A stretch of 64,000 bases of DNA from Clostridia bacterium. Its GTDB lineage: Bacteria; Bacillota; Clostridia; UBA1381; UMGS1253. Positions 36,286-45,248 of this stretch are shown here, in pieces. Below the pieces are notes generated by a model. The model saw nothing but the letters and a program-made list of their open reading frames with translations, searched no databases and was not told where the DNA came from. The stretch lies in assembly GCA_045537695.1 (NCBI GenBank), contig JAZSQB010000069.1:4730-68729 (forward strand), read 5' to 3'. The position numbers were made by a program, and so were the translations under genes. Each line of letters starts with the position of its first letter. Within the stretch, counting starts at the first letter, position 1.

Positions 36286-36342
36286 ACATTCCTTTGCACT
36301 TCTTTGCCCTTATTTTGTCTGTACAAAGAAAAAATTATGCAT

Positions 36343-37455
36343 TTATTTTTGCAGCGCCCACACCGCATCCGCCGCTTGTTTCACATCGCGCATTGTATTA
36401 TAATAACCAAACGAAAAACGAACCGTGCCCGCAGGATATGTACCGAGCGATTTGTGCGCCAGCGGCGCACAGTGCAGTCCACTGCGCACGCATATGCCGT
36501 ATTCCTTCTCCAGTGCTTCGCTCACTTCTACCGGATGCCTATCCCGCATACACACGCTCACCACGCCGCTTTCGCCGCGGTAAACTGTAACATTTGGCAT
36601 TGCGGACAGTCTTTCGCAAAACGCATCCGCAAGTGCACGTTCGTGCGCCAAAAGCGCACCGTTTCCCAAGCCTTGCACATAGCGTATTGCCGCACCGAGC
36701 GCCGCAATCGCAGGTGCATTTACCGTGCCGCTGACCAACTTATCGGGAAATGTTTCCGGCTGATAAATATTTTCCGATTCGCTGCCGCTGCCCCCTTGCA
36801 GTAACGGACGGATATCCACCCCGTCGCTAACATACAATCCGCCTGTACCGAGTGGTCCCATCAACCCCTTGTGTCCGGCAAACGCCAGCATATCTATGCC
36901 CTGCGATTTGACGTCAATCGACGCCACACCGGCACTCTGCGCCGCATCCACTAAAAGCAGCGCACCGTGTGCATGTGCAATACACCCCATCGCAGCGATA
37001 TCCTGCACCACACCGCACACATTGGAAATATGATTTACAATCACCAGTTTCGTATGCCTTTGCATAACCGCTTCCACCGCAGACGGCAAAACATGCCCCT
37101 GCGCATCCGCCTGCGCAATGCTGTAAGCGCATCCGGTATGGATAACCGGACGCAAAACGGAATTATGCTCCATCCCCGTCAGCACAACGTGATCCTCTAT
37201 TTTTAGCGTGCCGTGAATCGCCATATTCAGCGCCATCGTTGTGTTCTGCGTAAATGCAATGCGCTCCGGCTGTGCAATACCGAACAAATCGGCCGCCGCA
37301 TCCGCCGCGTCGCTGACCATCTCGGAAGCACGCAAAGAAAATTGATGCCCACCACGTCCTGCATTTGCACTATTGCGGCGCACGGCATCAAAATATGTTT
37401 TATAAACGACAGACGGCTTATGCAGCGTCGTCGCCGCATTATCAAGATAAATCAT
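36343..37455 (-). CDS. class V aminotransferase-fold cysteine desulfurase family protein
   Basis: MIYLDNAATT.., PLP-Lys region FAGHKGLMGP, C-terminal SGLHCAP. The start could also be 37476. Confidence 0.8.
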   Translation of the reverse strand: MIYLDNAATTLHKPSVVYKTYFDAVRRNSANAGRGGHQFSLRASEMVSDAADAAADLFGIAQPERIAFTQNTTMALNMAIHGTLKIEDHVVLTGMEHNSVLRPVIHTGCAYSIAQADAQGHVLPSAVEAVMQRHTKLVIVNHISNVCGVVQDIAAMGCIAHAHGALLLVDAAQSAGVASIDVKSQGIDMLAFAGHKGLMGPLGTGGLYVSDGVDIRPLLQGGSGSESENIYQPETFPDKLVSGTVNAPAIAALGAAIRYVQGLGNGALLAHERALADAFCERLSAMPNVTVYRGESGVVSVCMRDRHPVEVSEALEKEYGICVRSGLHCAPLAHKSLGTYPAGTVRFSFGYYNTMRDVKQAADAVWALQK

Positions 37456-37708
37456 ACGCCGTATACACTCTCCCATCCTCTGATTCCGTCACATGAAAAA
37501 CCGCCTTGACCGGCATTTGCTTTTCTGCAGAATATGCCAAAATTCCCTCACAATCCGCCGTGGCGCACTCCAAACCGTAGCTGCAGCCCTTAAGTCCCAA
37601 ATCCGACGGCAGCTGCACCACCGCTGTACGTACCTTTTTCTGCTTGAGCTGCTTTCGCGCCCGATGCACCACTGAAATGGAGCTGTATACGATAACACAC
37701 CTCTGCAT
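37442..37708 (-). CDS. DUF3343 domain protein (putative S/Se carrier-like)
   Basis: 88 aa from MQRCVIVYSS.. with a GGGGG RBS. The 5' extension of the track ORF to 37984 is rejected. Confidence 0.6.
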   Translation of the reverse strand: MQRCVIVYSSISVVHRARKQLKQKKVRTAVVQLPSDLGLKGCSYGLECATADCEGILAYSAEKQMPVKAVFHVTESEDGRVYTAYDLS

Positions 37709-37774
37709 AAAAACACCCCCTTTCCACAAACTTTCTATTTTCATTGTATGCAAAAGGGCTGATTTATGCGCATG

Positions 37775-37809
37775 AAAAAGCACAAACGGGACGATGTGGG
37801 CATCGTCCC
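37775..37809 (-). terminator. rho-independent terminator downstream of cwlD
   Basis: GGGACGATG (37788-37796) pairs with CATCGTCCC (37801-37809). GTTTGTGCTTTTT follows on the minus strand. Confidence 0.75.
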
Positions 37810-37856
37810 CTACAGTGTTGCCATTGGTTTTACAGCATTTTTCACAACCCACCCGG

Positions 37857-38561
37857 CTATTGCTTCTCCCCGGCGAAATACTGTGAGATACCATCTGCGA
37901 TGGCATCAGCAACCGCCTTTTGATAATCGGCGGTTTTGAGTTTTTCGCGTTCCGTCTCGTTGGATAAAAACCCACATTCCACAATCAGCGACGGTACATT
38001 GGGTGCGCGTAATAAATAAATCCCGTCCGGCGCGCGCATCGGTACGCGCTGATTTTCCGGGTCTACCTTTTCGCGCAGTGCGCTCTGTATACACTGCGCC
38101 ACGTCTGCCGAAGCTTGGTGCGTTGTATCATAGAGTACCTGTGCCCCGTGGTATTTCGTTTGCTCAAATTGGTTCATGTGAATACTGACAAACAATGCCG
38201 GCATCGCCGCATCACGCAGTTTTTTCCGGTTGCGCATATCAGCGCGTTTCTTTTCACCGATACTTTTCCCGCTGTCATGGATACCGTTTGCATCCGTGCG
38301 GGTCATCAACACGCAAAAGCCACGACTTTCCAACGCTTTTTGCAATTGAAGACAGACCGCCAGATTTAGCGGCGCCTCCTGTGTGCCGTCTGCTGCGACA
38401 CAGCCGCCATCCGGCGCACCGTGCCCTGCATCGAGCATAATCGTGCGCTGCAATGGTGCGCTTACCTCTATTTCATTTTCAGCCAAGCCGACCAAAACCA
38501 AGCTCAGTAATAGAATACAAACCAACAACACCGCGCTGCTGCGCCGAACAAATAAAATCAT
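37857..38561 (-). CDS. cwlD: N-acetylmuramoyl-L-alanine amidase CwlD-type (germination-specific)
   Basis: IMLDAGHGAPDGG, LFVSIHMN, ECGFLSN. Signal anchor. Confidence 0.8.
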   Translation of the reverse strand: MILFVRRSSAVLLVCILLLSLVLVGLAENEIEVSAPLQRTIMLDAGHGAPDGGCVAADGTQEAPLNLAVCLQLQKALESRGFCVLMTRTDANGIHDSGKSIGEKKRADMRNRKKLRDAAMPALFVSIHMNQFEQTKYHGAQVLYDTTHQASADVAQCIQSALREKVDPENQRVPMRAPDGIYLLRAPNVPSLIVECGFLSNETEREKLKTADYQKAVADAIADGISQYFAGEKQ

Positions 38562-38590
38562 ATATACCTCCGAAAGTTTGTTCTAACTCG

Positions 38591-38629
38591 AAACAAAAAT
38601 GCGGTGCAAACTTTACGTTTACACCGCAT
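38591..38629 (-). terminator. rho-independent terminator downstream of the Asp23 gene
   Basis: ATGCGGTG (38599-38606) pairs with CACCGCAT (38622-38629). TTTTTGTTT follows on the minus strand. Confidence 0.75.
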
Positions 38630-38645
38630 TTTATCTCATTTTCAT

Positions 38646-39059
38646 TTATGCTTCCGGCGCTTCGTCCGCCTTCGCTTTTTCCTTCTTGCCTTCCTTTTCA
38701 AAGTATACGCCGTCAATGTATACATTCACGCCGAGCACTTCAAGTCCGGTCATGCTCTCCACTGCCTTTTTCACCTTCTGCTGCAGCTGCGCGGAAATAT
38801 CTGCAATTTTTGCACCGTAGCACACGGTGATATGCACATCAATCGTCGCCTTGCCGTCCTCGATGTCTGCTTTCACACCCTTGCCTACATTCTTTTTGCC
38901 CAAAATCTCCGCAATGCCACCGACGATACCGCCGCTCATAGAGTAAATACCCGGCACCTCAGCGGCAGCCGCACCTGCAATCACACCGACAACTTCATCC
39001 GAAATCACAACGCTGCCGATTTCCATATTTGTATTTTCCATAACGTTTTCTCCTTTCAC
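38646..39059 (-). CDS. Asp23/Gls24 family envelope stress protein
   Basis: VVISDEVVGVIAGAAAAEVPGI.. and ..VESMTGLEVLGVNVYIDGV. Confidence 0.85.
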   Translation of the reverse strand: MKGENVMENTNMEIGSVVISDEVVGVIAGAAAAEVPGIYSMSGGIVGGIAEILGKKNVGKGVKADIEDGKATIDVHITVCYGAKIADISAQLQQKVKKAVESMTGLEVLGVNVYIDGVYFEKEGKKEKAKADEAPEA

Positions 39060-39115
39060 ATAACCTGCATCCGTCCTTCGCCGGATTCACTTATGTAAAT
39101 AGTATACCACGTTTT

Positions 39116-39670
39116 TTACTGAACTTCAACAATTTTTATATTTTTTATTGAAACATTCGTCTGCGATGCGACAATGTCCTGAATTTTTGCCACATCCGCT
39201 TCGGAAAGTGCCTGCGCTTTTACGGTGACGCTTGCCGTATCGCCGGACACGTACACCACGGCATCGGCAAATCCTTTTGCCTTAATCATATTCTCTGCCG
39301 CTGTCTCCTTATCCGCGACACCTGCAATGGCGAGTAGGTCCGTTTGCGCCTGCTTTTTTGTTTCCAAATCCATATTGGCATTGTCAACGATTTCATTGAG
39401 CCTTGCAATCGTGGTGCTGCGCGCATTTTCGCGGCTGACGCGCGCCGCGCTGAAATAATCCTCTACCGGCGCGCTCACCAGCTGTGCCTCACCCATTTTA
39501 CCCGCCGGCTGCGTTTCTTCTGGTGCTTTGTCTGCTTCTGCCGTCTCCTGCTGTGCTACAACCGGTGCCTGCGCATTCTGCGTATAATTAAAGTTAATAA
39601 ACGCCGCAACACCGATGAGCAAAATCAGGGCACCAATTAAAACCTCTTTCCTTTTCATCACCATCATCAT
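39116..39670 (-). CDS. spoIIIAH: stage III sporulation protein AH
   Basis: TM followed by ..YFSAARVSRENARS..QTDLLAIAG..MIKAKGFADAVVYV. AAGGAGG RBS before the ATG at 39670. Confidence 0.85.
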   Translation of the reverse strand: MMMVMKRKEVLIGALILLIGVAAFINFNYTQNAQAPVVAQQETAEADKAPEETQPAGKMGEAQLVSAPVEDYFSAARVSRENARSTTIARLNEIVDNANMDLETKKQAQTDLLAIAGVADKETAAENMIKAKGFADAVVYVSGDTASVTVKAQALSEADVAKIQDIVASQTNVSIKNIKIVEVQ

Positions 39671-39689
39671 TCCTTTTGCCTCCTTAGAT

Positions 39690-40190
39690 TTATTTTGCAA
39701 AAACACCGATACGGTGCTCCTCTACAGCCAAAACCGCCTTCAGCGCACATATGATCTGCTCGCGCACACGCGCGCTATCCGCCCCTTCCGCAACCGCAAT
39801 CACCCCGCGCACCTTTGGGTACGTTTCCGTTTCCAGCACCGGCGCATCCTCCGGCACAAGCATACGGATGTGTTCTTCGCTGCTGCTTTTACTTGCCTCT
39901 TTACTCTGCTTGCGCTCCACCTCTGTGGCATATACGCGCTTGCCCGTACCGTCATAGCTAAGCATTACATCCACTGCGCCCACACCGCGGATTTTGCTTA
40001 AAATCGCCTCTAAGCGCCGCTCTGTCTCCGCGTATGGTTGCTCTGTCGGCATCGCCGTTTCCTCCGCTTGCGGTACTTTCTTTCCCGCACCGTTTCCAAA
40101 TCCCAATAAAAGGATGCCTATAAATAATATGATGACCAAGCGCAGAATATGCTTGTTTTTCAAAAAATCTTTCCACTTGATTTTATCCAT
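39690..40190 (-). CDS. spoIIIAG: stage III sporulation protein AG
   Basis: Position and ..LEAILSKIRGVGAVDVMLSY..PKVRGVIAVAEGA. Confidence 0.85.
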   Translation of the reverse strand: MDKIKWKDFLKNKHILRLVIILFIGILLLGFGNGAGKKVPQAEETAMPTEQPYAETERRLEAILSKIRGVGAVDVMLSYDGTGKRVYATEVERKQSKEASKSSSEEHIRMLVPEDAPVLETETYPKVRGVIAVAEGADSARVREQIICALKAVLAVEEHRIGVFAK

Positions 40191-40632
40191 AGTCCGCCTC
40201 CAGACCGAATTCTTCCCGGATATGCGCTTTTAGCGCATCCTTGTCCGCTTGCACATCATAAATGGTCAGCCGACGCACCATCAGTGTGTGATCCTGTATG
40301 TATACATCCGCCTCTGCGCGCACGGTCTGCGAAAACGCTTCCTGCACGCTCTGCTCCACCGCTAGCACCAGCTTTTGTGCAAACTGCGCCGCAACAACAG
40401 CATCTGCGTTTGTTTCTTCCAGTGCATAAGCATCTGTTGGTTCTATAGAAAGCGCATCCCAATCCATCTGCCGGATTTGCAAAAATGCGCTGACGACAAC
40501 CACTGAAACCACCAAACCCGTAACGAGAGATACATATTTAGAAAGTGGTCCTGCGCAAACTAAAGATTCACTGAAAAAACACAAAAATGCTACACCCAAA
40601 ACCGTCGCCGTAAATTGCTGCAAAAATTCCAT
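40183..40632 (-). CDS. spoIIIAF: stage III sporulation protein AF
   Basis: 149 aa, two N-terminal TM. Operon position. Confidence 0.75.
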   Translation of the reverse strand: MEFLQQFTATVLGVAFLCFFSESLVCAGPLSKYVSLVTGLVVSVVVVSAFLQIRQMDWDALSIEPTDAYALEETNADAVVAAQFAQKLVLAVEQSVQEAFSQTVRAEADVYIQDHTLMVRRLTIYDVQADKDALKAHIREEFGLEADYG

Positions 40633-40633
40633 C

Positions 40634-41725
40634 CTACCCTCCTATGTGCATTAGCATTGCCACGCAAATGATAAACATAATAAAGATGGCACAAAGCGTA
40701 CCGAGCATAAAGGACAGCACCTCCGAAAGCGATGCCACCGCTGAAAAAATACGTTTATCCGTCACCGGCTCGATGACCGCTGCCGCCAGATGAAACATAA
40801 GGGCATACATTCCGATTTGCACAATCGGCGCAAGGCAAACCGAAAAGAGCGCAATCACGCCCGCCGCCCCGGTTGCGCCGCGAATCACCTGCGTGCTCGA
40901 TACAAGTGTGTCGAGCGTGTCCGACAAAATGCCGCCGACCACCGGCACGCCGTTAGAAACCACATAGCGCGCCGTCTTTGCCGTCATCGCGTCCATTGCA
41001 CCAACGCCGAAGCCCTGTACCGTAAGGAGTCCCGAAAACGCCGTCAACAAAAAGCACAGCCCCCAACGCAGAAGCTTTTTTAAAAATCCCGTCAGTGCCC
41101 GCACCGATACCGTGCGGCTGATGCCTGAAATCATCCCCAGTGCCGCCACGCAGTACAATAGCGGCACAATCCACAGCCGTACGGCGTTGCCGAGCAGCGT
41201 GCATCCCGCCAAAATCACCGGATGCACCCCCGCCGCAGTTGCCGCTTTGCCACCGGCAAGTAACAGTCCGGTTAAAATCGGCACACAGCCGTTCATGAAA
41301 ATTACGCCACTTGCAACCGCATTTTGAAACGTGTTTGCCGCCACACAAAATGCATCCATAGCCATGCCTGCCAACACAAGGTAGCACACAAAAAATACCG
41401 TTTCCTGCACTGATTGCGCTTCCATACCATGCTGCATATTGGAAAGCACCGCAAACAGAATGCTGACCGCAACAATTTTGAGCAGAAGCGCAATGACCTC
41501 ACCGCCGTGCGCGCGCACAAGCGCGATGCATTTTTCAAGCAAACTCTGAAAGCTGATAACGCTTTCGCCTGCGGCAATACGCCGAGTATTGTCCGCAAAA
41601 GCATCCCCTTCCACCGCAAGGTCATAATCATATTGCGCCAACAAAGCATCCATCTGATTTTGTGCCTCTGCGTGTATGCCGAAAAGCAGCAGAATCACCA
41701 AAGATAACCAAATCACTTTTTTCAT
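40634..41725 (-). CDS. spoIIIAE: stage III sporulation protein AE
   Basis: 363 aa. Signal peptide plus polytopic membrane domain. Operon position. Confidence 0.85.
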   Translation of the reverse strand: MKKVIWLSLVILLLFGIHAEAQNQMDALLAQYDYDLAVEGDAFADNTRRIAAGESVISFQSLLEKCIALVRAHGGEVIALLLKIVAVSILFAVLSNMQHGMEAQSVQETVFFVCYLVLAGMAMDAFCVAANTFQNAVASGVIFMNGCVPILTGLLLAGGKAATAAGVHPVILAGCTLLGNAVRLWIVPLLYCVAALGMISGISRTVSVRALTGFLKKLLRWGLCFLLTAFSGLLTVQGFGVGAMDAMTAKTARYVVSNGVPVVGGILSDTLDTLVSSTQVIRGATGAAGVIALFSVCLAPIVQIGMYALMFHLAAAVIEPVTDKRIFSAVASLSEVLSFMLGTLCAIFIMFIICVAMLMHIGG

Positions 41726-41726
41726 C

Positions 41727-42113
41727 TTACAGTATCCCCGTTAATGTCTCTATCAGTTTGCCGGCAATCGGCAGCGCCTGCACCAAAATCAAAAGCTTGC
41801 CAAACAGCTCCGCCTGCACACCAATGGATGTATGTCCCGCATCCTTACATAGCTGCGAAGCCAGGGTGCAGACATAGCCGATGCCAATGACTTTAAACAC
41901 CGTCTCCAAATAGCCATCTTCTAAAGAAAGACGCTCTGCCAGCCGGCGAATGTAGTCCATAACGCCATATGCCATATTTAAAGAATACAAAAGCAAAATC
42001 GCGCACGTCAGCAAGGAAACAACAATATGTAGCTCCGAATGCATACCGCGCAAAATCACACAAACCAGCATGCCACACACCGCAATACCAATCATCTGTG
42101 TTAAATCAATCAT
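41727..42113 (-). CDS. spoIIIAD: stage III sporulation protein AD
   Basis: 128-aa membrane protein. Operon position. Confidence 0.8.
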   Translation of the reverse strand: MIDLTQMIGIAVCGMLVCVILRGMHSELHIVVSLLTCAILLLYSLNMAYGVMDYIRRLAERLSLEDGYLETVFKVIGIGYVCTLASQLCKDAGHTSIGVQAELFGKLLILVQALPIAGKLIETLTGIL

Positions 42114-42304
42114 AGATGAAACACCGACTTTATCGTATCAAATAGCGCGCTGATTTGCCCGACAATCATAAACAAAACAACAATCAGCCCGGCAAGCGTT
42201 GTCAGCATCGCCTGCTCCTCTCTGCCGGAGCGGATTAACAGCTGATTGAGCACGGACACAATGATACCGATTGCCGCAATCTGAAAAATAAAATCAACGC
42301 CCAT
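42110..42304 (-). CDS. spoIIIAC: stage III sporulation protein AC
   Basis: 64 aa, two TM. IFQIAAIGIIVSVLNQLL. Confidence 0.8.
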   Translation of the reverse strand: MGVDFIFQIAAIGIIVSVLNQLLIRSGREEQAMLTTLAGLIVVLFMIVGQISALFDTIKSVFHL

Positions 42305-42323
42305 CGGCTCTCCTCCTTATGTA

Positions 42324-42821
42324 TTAGAGCATTAACAGCACCAACAGCGCGCCGCCGAACACGCCGGATGCCATATACAGCCTGCCGTTTGTCTGCGCAT
42401 GTTCCGCAGCGGCTCTGCGCTGCATATACAACTGCTCCGTAATCACGCAAAGCTGCTCCGCCTGCGACGCCGCATCACTGGCGCCAAGCTGCGCCGCAGC
42501 GCGCAAAAGCACAGCGGCATCCGCCTTCGTAAGCACGCCGCTCTCCTCGGAAAGTGCTGCTTGCATTGCTATATAAGGTGTTTTTTCTTGTTTGAGCTGC
42601 GCTGAAAACACGCAAAGCAGCGGCGTTGGATTTGCAGCAGCTGCTTTTTCCACCGCCTGCGGTAAAGGTGTCTGCAAAAATGCAATTTCCGTGCGCAACA
42701 TCGAAAATGCGTGTGCCAGTGTTTCCATAAGCGACACCCGTTTAAAAAGCTGTCTTTGCATCCAAATGCCCAAAAGAGAACATCCGGCAAAGGTCAAGGC
42801 AGCACCGCATAACTTAAGCAC
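42324..42821 (-). CDS. spoIIIAB: stage III sporulation protein AB
   Basis: GTG at 42821 has AGGAGG 8 nt upstream. The longer track ORF is rejected. Confidence 0.75.
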   Translation of the reverse strand: MLKLCGAALTFAGCSLLGIWMQRQLFKRVSLMETLAHAFSMLRTEIAFLQTPLPQAVEKAAAANPTPLLCVFSAQLKQEKTPYIAMQAALSEESGVLTKADAAVLLRAAAQLGASDAASQAEQLCVITEQLYMQRRAAAEHAQTNGRLYMASGVFGGALLVLLML

Positions 42822-43689
42822 GGCAATACACCTCCTGTATACTGCCCGGGCCCTGCTTGCGTGACAGCGTGACGAAAATTTCAAAAGGCAGCACATCTTC
42901 TATGCGACTGCGAGTTGCCGCGTGCATACTGGTTAGCAAACTACAGCCGCAGCCTAGCGCATACTGCATGGCTTGTCGCTCATCCTCGCCCCACAGTTCA
43001 TCCGTAACAATCAACTGTGGCGAAAGCGTACGTACGGCAAGCGCAATCCCTGCCGCCTTTGGGCACATTCGAAGCACGTCCGTATTTTCACCGATATCAA
43101 ATGCAGAAACGCCATTGTGCATCGCACAAAGCTCATCGCGTTCATCTATCACACATACGCGCACGCCCCGATGGGACAAGCTGCGGATTAAATCGCGCAA
43201 AAGCGTTGTTTTGCCGCAACCCGGCGGCGAAAGCACCACCGTATTTTTTATGCGCCCGTTTTGCATTACCTGCGAAAGCAGTTTGTCCGCGCAGCCGATA
43301 ACCTCGCGCGGTATACGAAAATTCAAGCCGGAAAACAGCTTCATATTTTCAACCGTGCCACCGGAAGAAAGCACACTGCCGGACAGACCGACGCGCACGC
43401 CGCATGGCAGCATTAAAAACCCGTTTTTGATTTGCTCCATTACGGCATAAACAGAGTTATTACAAATGCGCATCACCGTCTCGCTGATTTGTTGCGCCGT
43501 CACCGTGCTTTGCGTAATCGGCACACTTTGTCCGCAGCGCACCAGCATCACACGACAGCCCGCGCGCAGCCTGAGTTCCTCTGCATAAAGCAAGTCCCGC
43601 TCGGCAATGCATGTCCGCAGTGCTTCCGGCAGACTACGCAGAATTTCCAGCGCGGCATTGGGCGTATTTGCCTTTTTCATAAGCTTCAC
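42814..43689 (-). CDS. spoIIIAA: stage III sporulation protein AA (AAA ATPase)
   Basis: Walker A SPPGCGKTTLLRD and Walker B LIVTDE. Confidence 0.9.
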   Translation of the reverse strand: MKLMKKANTPNAALEILRSLPEALRTCIAERDLLYAEELRLRAGCRVMLVRCGQSVPITQSTVTAQQISETVMRICNNSVYAVMEQIKNGFLMLPCGVRVGLSGSVLSSGGTVENMKLFSGLNFRIPREVIGCADKLLSQVMQNGRIKNTVVLSPPGCGKTTLLRDLIRSLSHRGVRVCVIDERDELCAMHNGVSAFDIGENTDVLRMCPKAAGIALAVRTLSPQLIVTDELWGEDERQAMQYALGCGCSLLTSMHAATRSRIEDVLPFEIFVTLSRKQGPGSIQEVYCRA

Positions 43690-43761
43690 CTCTTTTTCGT
43701 TTGCTTCATCTTTATGCCACCACTGAAATAATTATGTCACAAATTTTCTTTCTAAAATTTG

Positions 43762-43790
43762 TTGACAGATGCGTATGAATAGATTAAAAT
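43762..43790 (+). promoter_or_regulatory. sigma-70-type promoter for the DUF1292 gene
   Basis: TTGACA (43762-43767), 17 nt, TAAAAT (43785-43790). Confidence 0.6.
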
Positions 43791-43825
43791 ATGTGTAGAC
43801 TACAAAAGCCGAGAGGAGAACAAAC

Positions 43826-44089
43826 ATGGCTGAAAGAGAAGATATCATCACTTTATATGATGAAGACGGCAAAGAAATTGACTTTGAACATTTAGATACT
43901 GTTTCTTTAAACGATAATCTCTATGTTGTGCTGTTAGAAGTACTGGAAAACGGCGAAGAAAATGACGAAGTGGTCATTTTCAGAATTGAGCAAACCGATG
44001 ACGAAGACGATGCGCTTGTTGTCATTGAAGATGAAGCGGAGTTAAACGCTGTATTTGAAGAGTTCCAGAACCGTCTGGAGGACGAATAA
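43826..44089 (+). CDS. DUF1292 domain protein
   Basis: 87 aa, acidic. ..ITLYDEDGKEIDFEHLDTV..YVVL.. pattern. Confidence 0.75.
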   Translation: MAEREDIITLYDEDGKEIDFEHLDTVSLNDNLYVVLLEVLENGEENDEVVIFRIEQTDDEDDALVVIEDEAELNAVFEEFQNRLEDE

Positions 44090-44311
44090 ACCAAATTAAA
44101 TATGCCCTGCGGTGTACGTATGTGTACCATTTATTTTACCAACACTTTTAATATGGGATTCTTTGCTCTATGTGCGGATTGCAGGCCTCCCTAAATGGAA
44201 GAGGAAGCGCGAAACACAAGGCGGTTGCCCACCTGCATTTGCAGGTCAAATAAAGGTACAAAACTACGGCATAGCGGGGTTTTTTCATTGAATCAAAATT
44301 GAGGGATGCTT

Positions 44312-45157
44312 ATGAAAACCAGAACAAAGCTTTTGCTTGCGCTCAATAAATTCTTTAAAGCACCGGTGCACCCGTTCAACCTGCAAAACGAAGGCGTGAA
44401 GTCCTATGCGATGTGGCAGTTTGAAAAAGGCGCGCAGACAATCGCTTTTTACACCAAGCGCTATACGCCCGATGAAATGTTTAAAGACAAAACCGTCGTT
44501 GATATCGGTTGCGGCGCAGCAGGCAAATCGCTGTATTATGCGTCCTGCGGTGCAAAAAAGGTCATCGGTGTGGAGATTTTGGAAAAATACCGCCGCGAAG
44601 CCGAAAAACTTGCCACAGATTTAAATTTAAAGGACAAGTTTGAATTCGTCTGTGCCGATGCGGCAAATCTGCCGTTTGAAACAGACAGCATTGATACCAT
44701 CATTATGAATGATGCAATGGAGCACGTGGACAATCCGGAAGCAGTGCTGACCGAATGTATGCGCGTCATCAAAAAAGGCGGCAGAATTTTTATTAACTTT
44801 CCGCCCTACTATCATCCGACCGGCGCGCATTTAAGCGATGCCATCTTTATTCCGTGGGTACATATGTTCTTTAGTGAAGACGTGCTGGTGGAAAGTTATA
44901 AGATTCTCGCAAAGCAGTACCCGGACGGCGACGAGCGCATCGAGTTCCGCATTTCGGAAGATGCACATGGAAAAGCCTATTTTTCCTACATCAATCATAT
45001 GACCATCTGCCGATATAAAAAGATTCTCAAATCCCTCGACATCAAACCGGTATATTACAAAGAAGAGCCGTTGCGCAGCATCGTTGCGCCGCTGGCAAAG
45101 CTGCCGCTTTTCAAAGAAATGTTTGTAAAAATGGCAGTTTGCGTTATAGAAAAATAA
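44312..45157 (+). CDS. class I SAM-dependent methyltransferase
   Basis: VVDIGCGAAGKS motif I, IIMNDAMEHV, KKGGRIFI. The ATG at 44312 is better spaced from GAGGG than 44306. Confidence 0.8.
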   Translation: MKTRTKLLLALNKFFKAPVHPFNLQNEGVKSYAMWQFEKGAQTIAFYTKRYTPDEMFKDKTVVDIGCGAAGKSLYYASCGAKKVIGVEILEKYRREAEKLATDLNLKDKFEFVCADAANLPFETDSIDTIIMNDAMEHVDNPEAVLTECMRVIKKGGRIFINFPPYYHPTGAHLSDAIFIPWVHMFFSEDVLVESYKILAKQYPDGDERIEFRISEDAHGKAYFSYINHMTICRYKKILKSLDIKPVYYKEEPLRSIVAPLAKLPLFKEMFVKMAVCVIEK

Positions 45158-45160
45158 GAT

Positions 45161-45187
45161 AAAGGTGCCTGCGGGCACCTTTTTTTA
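45161..45187 (+). terminator. rho-independent terminator
   Basis: AAAGGTGCC-TGCG-GGCACCTTT followed by TTTTT. Confidence 0.9.
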
Positions 45188-45248
45188 TGTATATTTTCTT
45201 GGATTCCGGCAAAAATACCAGTATCACAATACAGAAAGGCTGGTTACT

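Noticed and set aside
37709-37984. 5' extension of the DUF3343 ORF (track ORF 37442-37984).
   Set aside because: It overlaps the cwlD 3' end and the terminator at 37775-37809. A GGGGG RBS precedes the internal ATG at 37708.
44195-44225. GGAAGAGGAAGCGCG..CAAGGCGG resembling the SRP RNA domain IV sequence (GGAAGGAAGCAGCC..AAGGCAG).
   Set aside because: The complementary 5' strand (AGGUCAGGUCC-like) and the GNRA tetraloop arrangement are missing, so this is not an ffs gene.
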